Shown here: positions 50,466-62,204 of the stretch, one piece after another
Numbering within the stretch: the first letter of the stretch is position 1
Layout: each line of letters starts with the position of its first letter
Origin: Octopus bimaculoides
Taxonomy: Eukaryota
DNA length: 64,000 nucleotides
Direction: 5' to 3'
NCBI RefSeq assembly: GCF_001194135.2
Contig: NC_068981.1
Location: 77,598,054 to 77,662,053 of the forward strand
Program-made: the position numbers and the translations under genes
Notes under the pieces: model-generated
What the model was told of the DNA's origin: nothing
Database searches by the model: none
Seen by the model: the letters and a program-made list of their open reading frames with translations, nothing else

Positions 50466-50929
50466 TTGTACATATAAGTGAAAAAAAAACGGAGATATAC
50501 AAGCTTGTCATAAAAATCATTCTTGTGTTTTGAGAAATAATAAATAGATAATTATGTACAAAATAATGTATTGAAACAGGCGAAACGATTAATAGACATT
50601 TATGCTGGACATTCCTTTCTTCAGAGCTCTTATACATAAAAGAGGTTGGAGAACTCAATTATCAAAAGTGTATTTTAGAGTAGATAGGAAAATTTTGGTA
50701 AACTCTTTCACTATAAATTATATCAAGTCATCACGCCATTGAGGATTTCTCTTGTATACTTCTACCTTAACTACAGTATGTGTTCAGCGAGTATCCAGAA
50801 GAGTCAGGCCTTCTGTAAGTGTCTCTAAGTAAGTGTCCAGAAGAGTTAGGCCTGGCCTTCTTGCGGGCCAAGAGACTGGGTAAGAATGACCTGACTATTT
50901 TTCATACAGTATGTAATTTTGGAATTCCC

Positions 50930-51700
50930 TCACTTGGAGTCCCCAGTCGATGAGAGTGCCATTGTATACAAACAATGGAACCTATTAGAAATAGGTTCTG
51001 GCCTATTGTTTGGAGAGCTTTAAAGTTAGTATAAACGAATCTTTCAATATGTTTAAATATTTTTCTTGAAAAACATTATAACATCTTCTAAAAAGCCTTA
51101 AGCACCTATCAACTTGTCCTGCAATCGCATCCCAACACTGACACCAGGAATTATTAGAGAAGAAATTCTCTTATAGTGTTTGATGTGTTCACATTCACTA
51201 ATCACGCTTAACGATCATTGCATTAACATGAAATGTAGCTTCATCCAAGAATAAGGAGATGTTGGATGAGAAAATTGTTATTTGTATAATCTTTCCTTCA
51301 CTAATTGAAAATATTCCCTTTTAGCTGCTTCGTCACCAGACAGTATTCATTGTACAAAAGTGAAATGAGTTGTTCTCAACTTAATCGTGTATTTCAAAGA
51401 TTTTCTGGTTGTTTTATATGGCGTGTTCATTTATAATGGAGTAATTTTGATATTCAGAATGAGTCCTAATTAGAAATGTCAGCAGTCTAATACCTGCCAA
51501 AAAAATAGCCGCCTGTTGATAAATCTTGGGTACTACTAGCTCCACCACATTCTTTATAAATGTTTAAAAGTTTTATCGCCTGGAGGTTGGTTTTCACATA
51601 AACTTCTCTACTCGCATTAAACAAAGAATGGTGGACAATTATTCTCCGATCAATTTGAGATAACATTTCAGCAAAAATAGAATAGAATAAAAAAATAATC
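50930..51700 (-). mobile_element. Very old Tc1/mariner-superfamily transposase relic (FSDEATFH type)
   Basis: Minus frames give LSGDEAAKR, FLDEATFHVN, VSVG...DKLIG and weak catalytic-region remnants. Confidence 0.5.
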
Positions 51701-52094
51701 AATAAAATAACTTCGTAGATATATCTAGATAAAAGCAAAATCAATAGAATTATTTCATTCAAATAGGTAATTATAGTAAGAGAAATACATGAGGGACTTT
51801 ACCGCCAGCCTGTGGGACTCATTATATAAGAGAGTATATTGTTTTGATTCAGCCGTAAAGTCCCATGAGTGACTCAAGGACCGAGATTTTCGTGCATTGC
51901 ATTCATCAAACAGACTTATAAATCGTAAATCCACACTCCTATTAGAGGATGGATTTTTAATTTCTTCTAGAATCTTCAATCAAAAATATTAAATTGCCCA
52001 CTAACTTAAAATAAGGGATAAATACAAATAATAAAATCAAATAGTGTATAAACCCATTCAACGAAGTTCAGGCATATTCCGATTTTTTTTCATA

Positions 52095-52275
52095 TTTTGG
52101 CACAAGGCCAGCAGTTTTAGTGAGTTGGTGCAAGTCGATTATAATAATTTTAGTACTTTACTTCTAGTACTTTATTTTATCGACATCCAACGTATAATGG
52201 AATTTGAACTCAAAACGTAGTCACAGGAAATGTTGTTAAGCATTTTCTTCAACCCCTCTAGTTTGCGGCTCTACG
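52095..52275 (-). mobile_element. SINE family A, old copy
   Basis: GGCACAAGGCCAGC, TTTATCGAC, GGAATTTGAACTCA, TAAGCATTTT (reverse-complement motifs). Confidence 0.7.
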
Positions 52276-52424
52276 AAGGCATTCATAAAAAATACAAATA
52301 TAAACACAGGTATGCGTACATGAATAGAATATGTATACACGTAGACATGCATATATTTCTATACTCATGGCGTATATATATATAAATCATCTTTAACATT
52401 TGTAACGAATGTTATCGCATGTTG

Positions 52425-52745
52425 TTATACACCGCTGGTCACAATACGCTTCCAATTCTTTCTTGATTGAGCCATTCTTTTCCATCTTGGCTTACATTGT
52501 TTTACTAAATCGTTTTCACATCCATCAACGAGGTGAACTTTCGAATGTCCTTTTCCGATCTTTCGGATACTATTCGGCTAATGCACGAATTTACATGTTG
52601 TCTGTGAGCTTTGCCTCATGTCCGGCCCAGCGGAAACTTATGCTTTTAATATTCTGCGATCACATGATTCGCTCCGCTTCGTCCTCGAATCATCTCATTT
52701 CGAATATACTTTCGGAACGACATTCCTCACATGGATATATATCAG
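52425..52745 (-). mobile_element. RTE-1-like LINE 3' fragment
   Basis: IRNEMIRGRSG, FRWAGHEAKLTDN, YPKDRKR, RWKRMAQSRKNWK (WAGHVAR-type C-terminus). Confidence 0.78.
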
Positions 52746-53929
52746 GCACACTCATGACCACCGATGTACACACACACACACACACACACACACGTCTGTA
52801 TGTATGTTTGTATGTATGTGTACCAGTGTGTCTGCGTGTGCGTTGCGTAAGTTAAACGGCTACTCTTTCACGCTGGTCACTAACATCATTCTACTCTACC
52901 TGTCATAAATGAATTACTGGCCGGTTTAATACGCTTCTTGCTTCTTTTTCCTTCTATTCTTTTCCTCTTTACTATTTTCATTTTTGCTTTTATTTGCTTC
53001 ATTTTTTTTATTTATACTCATCTTTAAGTAAGTCTATTTAATATATAAAGTAATTATTTTTTCTGAACTTGGAATATATTGGTCTAGTATATAGTTGCTT
53101 TTTGCACTTTGGTTTTGTATTTCTTTGGTTTCTTTCATATTCAATTTATCTTTCTTTTCCTTCTCTACCTCATTTTCTTTCCTCATTTTAATTTGTTATC
53201 TGTAATATATATCAATTTTTTTGTAATTAATAGTAGTTATTATAAGTCTGTTTTTGTTTGTTTGATTTTGTTATTGTTTTTTTTCTGTTTTGGTCCTTTC
53301 ATGAGGACGGCTTTTGAACGTTTGGACACGTAGTTCACTATGTATATATGGAATAATTATTTTCATAGATAGTCGCAATGCCTGGGTAGACAACGTAATG
53401 GCGAAAGGTGAATATGGAAGGCTAGCTGCCATTTGAAGTCTGACTCCAGCCATTACGTGTTCCATTACAGTAATGTAAATATTAACTCCCAATACGTATA
53501 TATCGTTAAGTATTTTGTTTTGTTTTTATTCGTGGAAATAAATACACTTTAATGGAACAAAATCCTATGTCTGTTCCAAATTGACAAGTCGAGAATGGCA
53601 AAAAATTAAACAGAAGAAAATTTCTGATTGAACAGGCTTCAAACAAGAATTAAGTAATTTCAAACAATGTTAAAAGGTTTAGAAAATGATATAACGCAAA
53701 ATGAAAATATTATGTTGGCATGCATAATGTTAGAGAATACAGAATAAACAAGCTTTTGATTTGCAGAACATAAATAAGCGTATGTATGTTTTCACTAAAT
53801 ATTATGTATACAGTCAAATTTGTCTGGCACGTCGCGAATTAGTGACGTGTTGAAAAAGGTTTTCTTTTAATATTCAGATTCGCTATATAACGATGTAAAT
53901 AAAGCAGACGACAAAGTCAGGCGACGCAA

Positions 53930-54400
53930 ATCTGTTACCAGCTCAATAGAAATTAACAGCAAAACCACGAAATGTTTCATAATGACACAGTCAAATAGCA
54001 GTCTGAAGGTAGAAGAAGAGACAGAAAAAATAACTGAAATGTCTTTTAATTCGAAGATCGAAAATATCTGGGTTGTTATTCTTTGGCTAATCGTTTTCAG
54101 AGCACATTGCAGTTGATGAAAAGAGAAGCTGCAATTGTGACAGTATCAGAGTTGGAGTTGGTTAAAACTGGCGATGGTTATATCTTAAATGATAATCGTA
54201 GTTATTGAATAACAACTCGAACAGTCAGAACTGGAATATGATAACCTGTTATATTTAGCAAAAATATTTACAAGGATAAATGAATGGCCTTCTTCCCCGA
54301 AAACAATCATTTCGATAATGTCTCTCAAAGACCAGCAAGAAGTCTGGCAACGGGACAACTTTAATTTGATTATGAAAATGTCTCGGTATTTATAGGTTTC
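53930..54400 (+). mobile_element. Possible hAT (Buster/Charlie-like) transposase relic
   Basis: Weak: MTQSNSSL, RAHC, VKT...LNDNR and ELEYDNLLY resemble TDGA.M.G, HC..H and EYGDLLY in the right order. Confidence 0.35.
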
Positions 54401-54687
54401 AAGTAGGCTCAAACAAACAGATTTTTCCTCGTACGCCATTATGCGCTAAAACAATGCAAATGTGAGCAATGACTTAAGATTGGACAGAAGCTGTCCAGAA
54501 GCCTGTTAACAAATAAATACAACTGAACCAGGGTAGAAAGCTATGTTATAAATCAGGAGACATAGAGTTCGATTTTGCTAAAACGTCTATATCAATGAAA
54601 TTTAGATTCTTAGTAAACTGGTGTATTTAATTTTTGTACTGAAAAACTAAATATATACGTGTGCAAATGTGTAAAATAGATCTTAGG

Positions 54688-54744
<57 letters not shown>

Positions 54745-54788
54745 AACATACTTACACACATATATACATACATACATACATACATACA

Positions 54789-54822
<34 letters not shown>

Positions 54823-55448
54823 CATACATACTGTATTACTGTATATATGCGTTTCCTAAGTAAGGTACTTTGTTATTAGTCTATTCAGACTGACGATTAA
54901 GACTGGGTTTGTATTCCCAGTTTCCTCTCTTAGCACTGGACTATAATGTGCAATATGATATCCACACTGACAGTATAGATTCGATCAGTGTGTTTGTGTA
55001 ATGCATATTAATAAGAAATTGACCTACCTTTATTTTCGGCAGAGCTATTCCGGTGCTAATCGAAATTTCCAACTGTAATCTGAGCTATTTTTCCTACATG
55101 AGTTTTGGGGGAAATTTAATTAACTTCCTTCTTTTCACCTTATGCAATATACTCTAATTACTTAAGTAACAGACGGTATGTGGATTCGCAGTACAAACAT
55201 AGGTGTACCAGCCAAAAGGCTATGACTTACAGATGTGAAATCGACTGGATCTAAATGCTTCCTTTTTATTAACGACTTTAAAACTAGGACTAGTTTCTGA
55301 AAAGATTTTCTCAAATCTTTTTAGCTATTTGGCATGGTATCAATAAACATTATGCTATCAAGTATTTTGTTATCGCACCATGTATCGTAGTTGCTTTATT
55401 CTTTTACCTTGACTTTATAAGTCAAAAATTAGGACACAGACCATATTA

Positions 55449-55507
<59 letters not shown>

Positions 55508-55705
55508 TATATGTACATATATGTATCTCAAAATTCCATTACACACCGTAACCCAGTCCTTTTGTATGTAACAAGCAGAAACACATTCTATGCCTTGTCG
55601 ATGTCGTTGCTTAGCCTGGGTCATCTTGCATTGATCATATCCAGTCATGACTTTTGATTCTTTACTACTGTCAGCTCGAGAGATACAGCTCTTAAAACAT
55701 TTACT

Positions 55706-55772
55706 CAACCACGACGAGACTCGAAATCTTCTGACTTGAAGTTAGACGCTTTATCCATTAAGCAACGCGGTC
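55706..55772 (-). pseudogene. tRNA-Arg(TCG)-derived pseudogene; anticodon now TCA, 5' strand of T-stem deleted
   Basis: GACCGCG TT GCTT AATGGATA AAGC G TCTAA CT TCA AG TCAGA AGATT [~6 nt missing] TCGAGT CTCGT CGTGGTT G, aligning to metazoan tRNA-Arg-TCG. TTTT lies 8 nt downstream. Confidence 0.8.
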
Positions 55773-56087
55773 AGCTTCCTTTTTCTACTGTGTGAATGAA
55801 TATATTGTCAAATGAGTCATACCCATTTTAATAAAGTAGGGTGTGAGTTGAAGATCATTTATAATATATATCACGTGGTTCGAGCGACAACGTAGGGATC
55901 TTCCTCGTTGGCATGTTATATACTGTAACGCACAATGGTGCTCTATGTAAATATAAGTATAGCCGGGTAATTATATATGCATGAACTGCGACTTACTATT
56001 TAATAAGGGTCTGATTAGCTACCTTCAAGATATTTCTACGCAAAATACAACAAAAATAATCATAATTCAAAAAAAGGGACATATGAT

Positions 56088-56240
56088 CTAAGAAGTTTAC
56101 TTCCCAACTACATGGTTTCAGGTTCAGTTGCATGGTGTGTCCCTTGGGTGTCTTTTATTATAGCCCCAAGCCAACCAAAACCTTGTTAGTGAATTTTGTA
56201 GACGGAAAATAAGCCCGCCGTAGATATATATATATACAGA
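56088..56240 (+). mobile_element. SINE family C head
   Basis: AAGAAGTTTACTTCCCAACTACATGGTTTCAGGTTCAG...TATAGCC...GTAGACGGAAA then (TA)n. Confidence 0.8.
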
Positions 56241-56929
56241 ACTTTTTCAATCATCACCTGATCTAGTTTGTTTGGTTGCCAGCATTTCAAAAATTAAAGT
56301 TTATCGAAATTTTTTTAATTTGGCACAATAATATACTTTTCCAATCTCAACTGCAGCAGTTATTTAACTTTTTCCAAAAATGTTATAGACGTTTAAATTT
56401 TGATCATTTTCACCCAGTCAGGAAACAGTATTTGGAAGCTGTCATTTTGTGCGTGGCTGCACATTTTGTCGTAAACAGCCGGAAAATAGCACGTGTTGTC
56501 AAGAGAGAGTAAGCAACACGCCTTTTGGAGATTTAATGTTATTTAGCTACGGCCCATCCCCAGTTCTTCAATACAAAACTGGACTGAAGTCAATTCCTTA
56601 ACCCATGAGTAAAGGAAGAGCACTACAAGAGTTCTCGGTCCCGCTTGTTATTATAGAAATAGGCACGTGCTTTCTCGCAGACAAAAGGATTCTCATGTTC
56701 TGCTTGTTATTATGGAAACAAACATGAATGTGTCTGTGGCTAACAATCGGCTAAAATTACCAACATTTTCAAACTCTAATTGCTAATAACTCTTTGTGTA
56801 TTGATTTATAACGAAAATGATTTTCACATAATTCATTTGCCTATAAAGGTGTATCATTACACTGAATACGAAATCATTTCGTAAACAATTCATGCTGGCA
56901 ATCAAACAGACTAAATCCTTTAACGTGCG

Positions 56930-57180
56930 CGCGCGTGTGTTTGTGTTTGTGTGTGTGTTTGTTTGTTTTTTATGTTTGTGTTTATACTCCTCACCCCTTG
57001 GCGATCGGTATTGCTTTGTTTATATTTCCGTATCCTAGCGGTTCAGCTACAGAAAACAATAGAATAAGTAAAACCAAAATAAGTACTGAAGTTGATTTGT
57101 TCCAACAACAACCTTCCAAAGCAGTATCTCAACATGGCTGCAGTCCAATGACTGAAACAAGTAAATAATATAAGATAAAA
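56930..57180 (+). mobile_element. SINE family C body
   Basis: (GT)-rich lead, CCTAGCGGTTC, GAATAAGTA, ATGGCTGCAGTCCAATGACTGAAACAAGTAAA. Confidence 0.78.
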
Positions 57181-57719
57181 GATACTGAAAATGAACTCCG
57201 AAATTCTAAATCACTCGCTAACGAGCACTAAGACCTTGCTGGCATACTACCTGATATATTCAAAGATGGATGATAAACCTGCTATTTTTTGGCTAGCATC
57301 TGTTGTCAATTTTTCTCCCTTTTTTGATATATTTTATTACAAATATCTTGTGTTGTTTTTACTTGGTGGTGTCATTGGCATTATTTGAGCCATTGTTAAT
57401 GTTGATGCCGCCGTTATTGTTGGCACTGTTAACATCGATCTTGTCGTTGTTGATGCAGTTTGCCGTTGGCAAACATCTGGTGGTTCTGCAGGCAATTAGA
57501 TTACTTTTGCGAATCCAAATTTTTCAATGCAAGGCTTAGCAAAACTTCAACAATAATTTGCAATAGCTAACTAGTTTATCAATATCAAATTGGCATGCTG
57601 CTGGGTACACATTAATAGATGAATGCCAACTGCTGATTCTGATGCTGCTTATGCTACCAACGCTGCTGTTGCTATTGATGATGATGTTCAGATAGCGTTA
57701 ATGGTTGTTGTAGTTTCTA

Positions 57720-57721
57720 TA

Positions 57722-57768
<47 letters not shown>

Positions 57769-57812
57769 TGATGATGATGATGATGATAATAATAATAATA
57801 ATACTAATAATA

Positions 57813-57845
<33 letters not shown>

Positions 57846-57854
57846 ATGATGACG

Positions 57855-57916
<62 letters not shown>

Positions 57917-57930
57917 CATAATAATAATCG
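57720..57930. repeat. Compound (AAT)n/(GAT)n microsatellite
   Basis: Direct reading; source of the poly-N/D/I/M ORFs. Confidence 0.97.
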
Positions 57931-57977
57931 TTCATGATTTAGGCACGAGGCCAGAGAATATTAATACTATTACTATT

Positions 57978-58111
57978 AAGGCGGGGAGCTGGCAGAATCG
58001 TTAACATGCTGGGCGAAATGCATAGCTACATTTCGTTTGTCTTCGTGTTCTGAGTTCAAATCACGCCGAGTGTACCCCTCATCCTTCGCCCCTGTGGAAA
58101 ATAAATGAAAC

Positions 58112-58112
<1 letters not shown>
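57978..58112 (+). mobile_element. SINE family A, core mostly deleted, ending in the Tx1-like tail remnant
   Basis: Head and B box GAGTTCAAATC, then CCTCATCCTTCGCCCCTGTGGAAAATAAATGAAA. Confidence 0.8.
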
Positions 58113-58168
<56 letters not shown>

Positions 58169-59520
58169 CTTGTTTGACTTTTGCTTTGTATTTATACAAG
58201 TTGGCTCCAAGTCTCACCCAGAGTCCTCAAGAGACAACAAGTTAGAAGTTCATGCTGGTGATATGCCTAGGGTGTCATATATTTGGTTTTGCACATATTA
58301 TTGTTCTAGAGAATGTATAAGAAAACATAAGAAAATTATATGTTTGTTTCAAAATTTGAGATTACATAGACTGTATTTTACGCAGGATATGGATAGTTCC
58401 CATGAGAACTATTTTTTGAATTTCTGCCATTTGGGGATTTCCTGTTATAGGGCACCTATAACAAAAGGTATTGTTTTAGTATTTAGGTTCCACATTTTGC
58501 CAATTTCTATTTCAAGATCTTTATACTTGCTCAGTTTTTGGTCGGTCTTGACAGATACACTTATGTCGATTGGGACAGCCATATCAATGAGGAGGCATGG
58601 TTTTTGTCTGAAGTCTTCCAATATAATGTCTGACATATTCGCATCTATCTTCCTGCCAGTTTGAATGGTGAAGTTCCAGAGGCGTGAGATGTGATCAATT
58701 TCAATCGCTGGAGGTGACTTGTGTTCCCACCAGTTTTTATCATGGGGCAGGTCCAGGATTTTGCAAATTACCCAGTGAATATACTGTGCTGCTCTATCAT
58801 GCCTCTTGAGATACTCTGTAGGCGCAAGAAGATAGCACATGGAGACAACATAATCAATGGTTTAATTTTGTTGCCAACATACACGATATGTTGGGCTACT
58901 GCCGTTCTTTAATGCGTTGGCCTGGTAGTTTCTTGTAGGTAGGCATTGAGCTTGGATTGCTATGACAAACCATTCTGTTTCTGATTTTAAGCCAGAAGAC
59001 ATTAACCATTGATGGGCAAGGACACTATTAGGTCCCTTTGGGTATTTGCCATTAAGAAGTTTTGAGAAGATTTTTCTTGCCATTTATCACCATTTATCTC
59101 CTGTAGTCTTACCTTTATTCTGTCGTAGATTGCCTTTTGTTCACCTGTCATGTCGCCATTAGTTTTACTGTCTTCTTTTAGATCATCTACATGTCTCTGA
59201 TCAAGTAAACTACCACTGCTCCTCTCCTGTGCTATGGGATCACACTCATTAGTAAGAACTGTATTTTCATTGTTGTCTCTGCTGCCATTTTCCATGACCC
59301 GTCTTTTGATAGCTTCGAGCTCTACTTTTGTGAACCAACAATTTTTCCTATTGCTCTAGCTTGATCACATAATCTCTGTTCCGTGAGTTGAAACAATCCC
59401 TTTTCTATCCAATGACCATACATACGTTGTCGGTAACCCCTAATTTGAGCACCATTTTCATCTACCGGGCTGCTCGGGTAGTAACACTCCATGACCACAG
59501 CATTAATTTGTTTTCTCTAT
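58169..59520 (-). mobile_element. R4/Dong-like LINE with N-terminus joined to C-terminus (RT missing), 3' end in (TAA)n
   Basis: N-terminal VMECYY...GYRQRMYGHW...TEQRLCDQARAI. C-terminal WLMSSGLKSETE, Cys knuckle remnant, YLKRHD, NMSDII (PD site), LLIDMAVP, KLSKYKDL, VIGAL. (ATT)n at 58113-58168. Confidence 0.9.
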
Positions 59521-59949
59521 CACGAAATTAATGGTAAACCTATTGAGTTATTTCTGAAAACTTTATCCAAAACACCTGAAGGCATAACCTGTGCTGTGTC
59601 TGTATGGAAAGATAGTCACTCATCTGCTACTCATTGACAAGTGAATGAAATTAGATCCAATGATTACCTAATGCACTTTATATATACATTTTAAATACTT
59701 TATGCATAATTTTATAGACTTAATACACAACACTCATAAAATAAATATTCACTCTTATTTTTCCATTTTCCCCCATAAACAAAAAAACATATCCTATACA
59801 TATGATACAACCCTTAGTGACATTTGAAATTGCATATATCTGCTACGTAAATAAGCGTGAATATTTCACGGAATTGCACCTATTGTATGAATTAACTGAT
59901 GGATGAAATGAAAAGCTTATCTCACTTTTTAAGAAATATACTTTTCACC

Positions 59950-60472
59950 ATCCAATCACCATCACCACCACCACCACCATCATCATCTCACTTCCCCTCT
60001 CTCTCCTTCCTCCCGCTCTCTCCCTCTTCCCTCTCTCTCCCTCTTCCCTCTCTCTCTCCTTCCTCCCGATCTCTCTCTCTCTCTCTGCCTTTCTTTAACC
60101 TCAACATCACCCCTCTGCTAACATTGTTACGTTCCCCTACCTCACGTCATGGATGCTTTTCTCTCCTACTTTTTCTCTCTCCGTCTTTCTCTCTGTCTCT
60201 TTCTTTCTCCCTTTTTCTGTCTCACACTTCGCCTTATCCTCTTATCCTCTCTCCTTTTACTTTCTCTTCTCTTTCCCTTCAACTGATCACGTGAAAGCGT
60301 TACAATTACATTCCCTCTACCTCACGTCATGAACGCTTGTCTCCTTCTTTTTCTTTCTCTCCCTTTTTCTCTAATCTCGCGAAAGCGTTACTGACGGGTT
60401 AAGTAACGCAATGACAAACAGAATTATTGTGAGATGTGTGCGTGCATGAGAGACAGAATGATATAAAAAGTA

Positions 60473-60530
<58 letters not shown>
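59950..60530. repeat. Pyrimidine-rich low-complexity tract with a ~180-bp internal duplication and (GA)n
   Basis: CTACCTCACGTCATG at ~60137 and ~60317; CT/GA repeats. Confidence 0.8.
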
Positions 60531-60533
<3 letters not shown>

Positions 60534-61060
60534 AGAAAGAGTTTGCGATCTCGCGCACACACATACACACACGCGCGCAAACATGCGCGTGCTCTTCACA
60601 CTCATTAGCAAATAATGTTTCGACTATTAAACGCGCTCTTCGAAGAAATCTCAAAACGATACATACGTCCATCTATAATTACAACCAACTCAATTGAAAA
60701 TGCAAGAACCAAACAGATAGCCACAAAGCACAGCAAACAAATATTAATGCCAGGACGGTTGAGAGGAAACCGAAGAGAAAGATTGCATAAGATAAGACAT
60801 GTAAAAATATAAGTGGAAGTTGCTTACAGTAAAGAAGTAAAATACAATAAAGAAATCAGTAAATTAAGTTATAAGAAGACGGTTAGTTGAAAAATACCGT
60901 ATCACATAATCTAAAATTTAAGCCGAGTATATTTACGATTTTTTAAGCACTCGAGGTGACCGTTCTGAATAAATTTAAAGAGTGAGTTGAAATCTGACAT
61001 AGCATTTCTGATTAAAAAAGGAATTAGTAAAGGATTTTAGTTATTTATATTATATTATAT

Positions 61061-61093
<33 letters not shown>

Positions 61094-61097
<4 letters not shown>

Positions 61098-62200
61098 GCT
61101 GAGTAAAGAGCATGCAACGTTTTGAAACATGAAATTCATCACAATATTGTTCAACAATGCGGAAATTTTATTCATCAAAGTAAATACCATTACAAACAAC
61201 ATATTTTTGCCAACGAGTTACAAGTTTATTTATTCCGGTAACATAAAAATCTGGAGTTCTGGAGCTGACGAACCCTTTGAACGCACTTTCAGCATCGGTT
61301 TGATTTTTGAACTCCTTCTCTCGCAGGAAACAACTATCAAGGTGCTTGAAAAAGTGGTAGTCGGTAGGAGAAAGGTCTGGTGAATAAACTAGGTGGTGAA
61401 GAACAACTTAGCGAAGTTCTCTCAACTTCTGGGGCGTCATTAGTGAAATGTGTGCTCGTGCATTGCCATGAAGTATGATTGGCCCCCTTCTGTTGACCTG
61501 TCTGGGACGGAGGAGTAGCGGTTTTTCGTTCATTTTGACAATTTCATGGCAATATGTTTCTGCAGTAATGCTTTTTCCAGGTTTTAAGAATTTATAGTGC
61601 ATAATTCCAGCCGTACAGCACCAAACAGTCACCATAGTCTTCTTTTTGAAGAGCTCGAGTTTAGGGAACGTTTTCGGTGCTTCATTTTCGTCCAACCACT
61701 GCGAAGAACGTTTTTTATTGTTGTACAGAATCCACATTTCATTGCAAATTACAATACGATTGGTCTGATAACGGAAAAGAAGCGACGAGCGAATTTCATA
61801 TCTACATATTTTCTGATTTTCATTCAAATCGTGTGGTGCACATTTGTCGAGCTTTTTCGATTTTCCGATCGCATGCAAATGCTACAGGCAGTTTTATGGG
61901 TAAGTTGAAGTTCTTTTGCTAGTGATTGAGTGGTTTTACGTGGATCTTTCTCAATGACGGTCTTTAATTGACCGTCATCAATGACAGATGGGCGTCAACT
62001 ACGCTTATGATCTTAAAGGCTCAGACCTTCACTCCGAAATCGTTTAAACCATTTTCGTGCTGACCACAAAGTGGTCATTTCCTCACCAAACATCTCGTCG
62101 ATATCTCGATCAGTTCCAACTGCTTCACGTCCTATTCAAGTTAAATAGCAAAATTGCTGGAATATCTCGTTTTGACAGTTCCATTTCAGATCGTTGTAAC
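61094..62200 (-). mobile_element. Mariner element (SETMAR/Hsmar1-like transposase pseudogene, about 62184 to 61168) with 3' TIR next to (TA)n
   Basis: MELSKRDI, RKWFKRFRS, KLDKCAPHDL (WVPHEL), IVICNEMWILYNN and LHGNARAH (first two catalytic Asp lost), YSPDLSPTDYHFFKHL, stop 61168-61170. TA followed by TCAGGCTGAG (TIR). 5' TIR not in the window. Confidence 0.92.
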
Positions 62201-62204
62201 AACG

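Noticed and set aside
60137-60680. Duplicated CTCACGTCA (CRE-like) motifs and a CpG-richer patch as a promoter
   Set aside because: No associated exon or transcript evidence; short motifs within low-complexity DNA.
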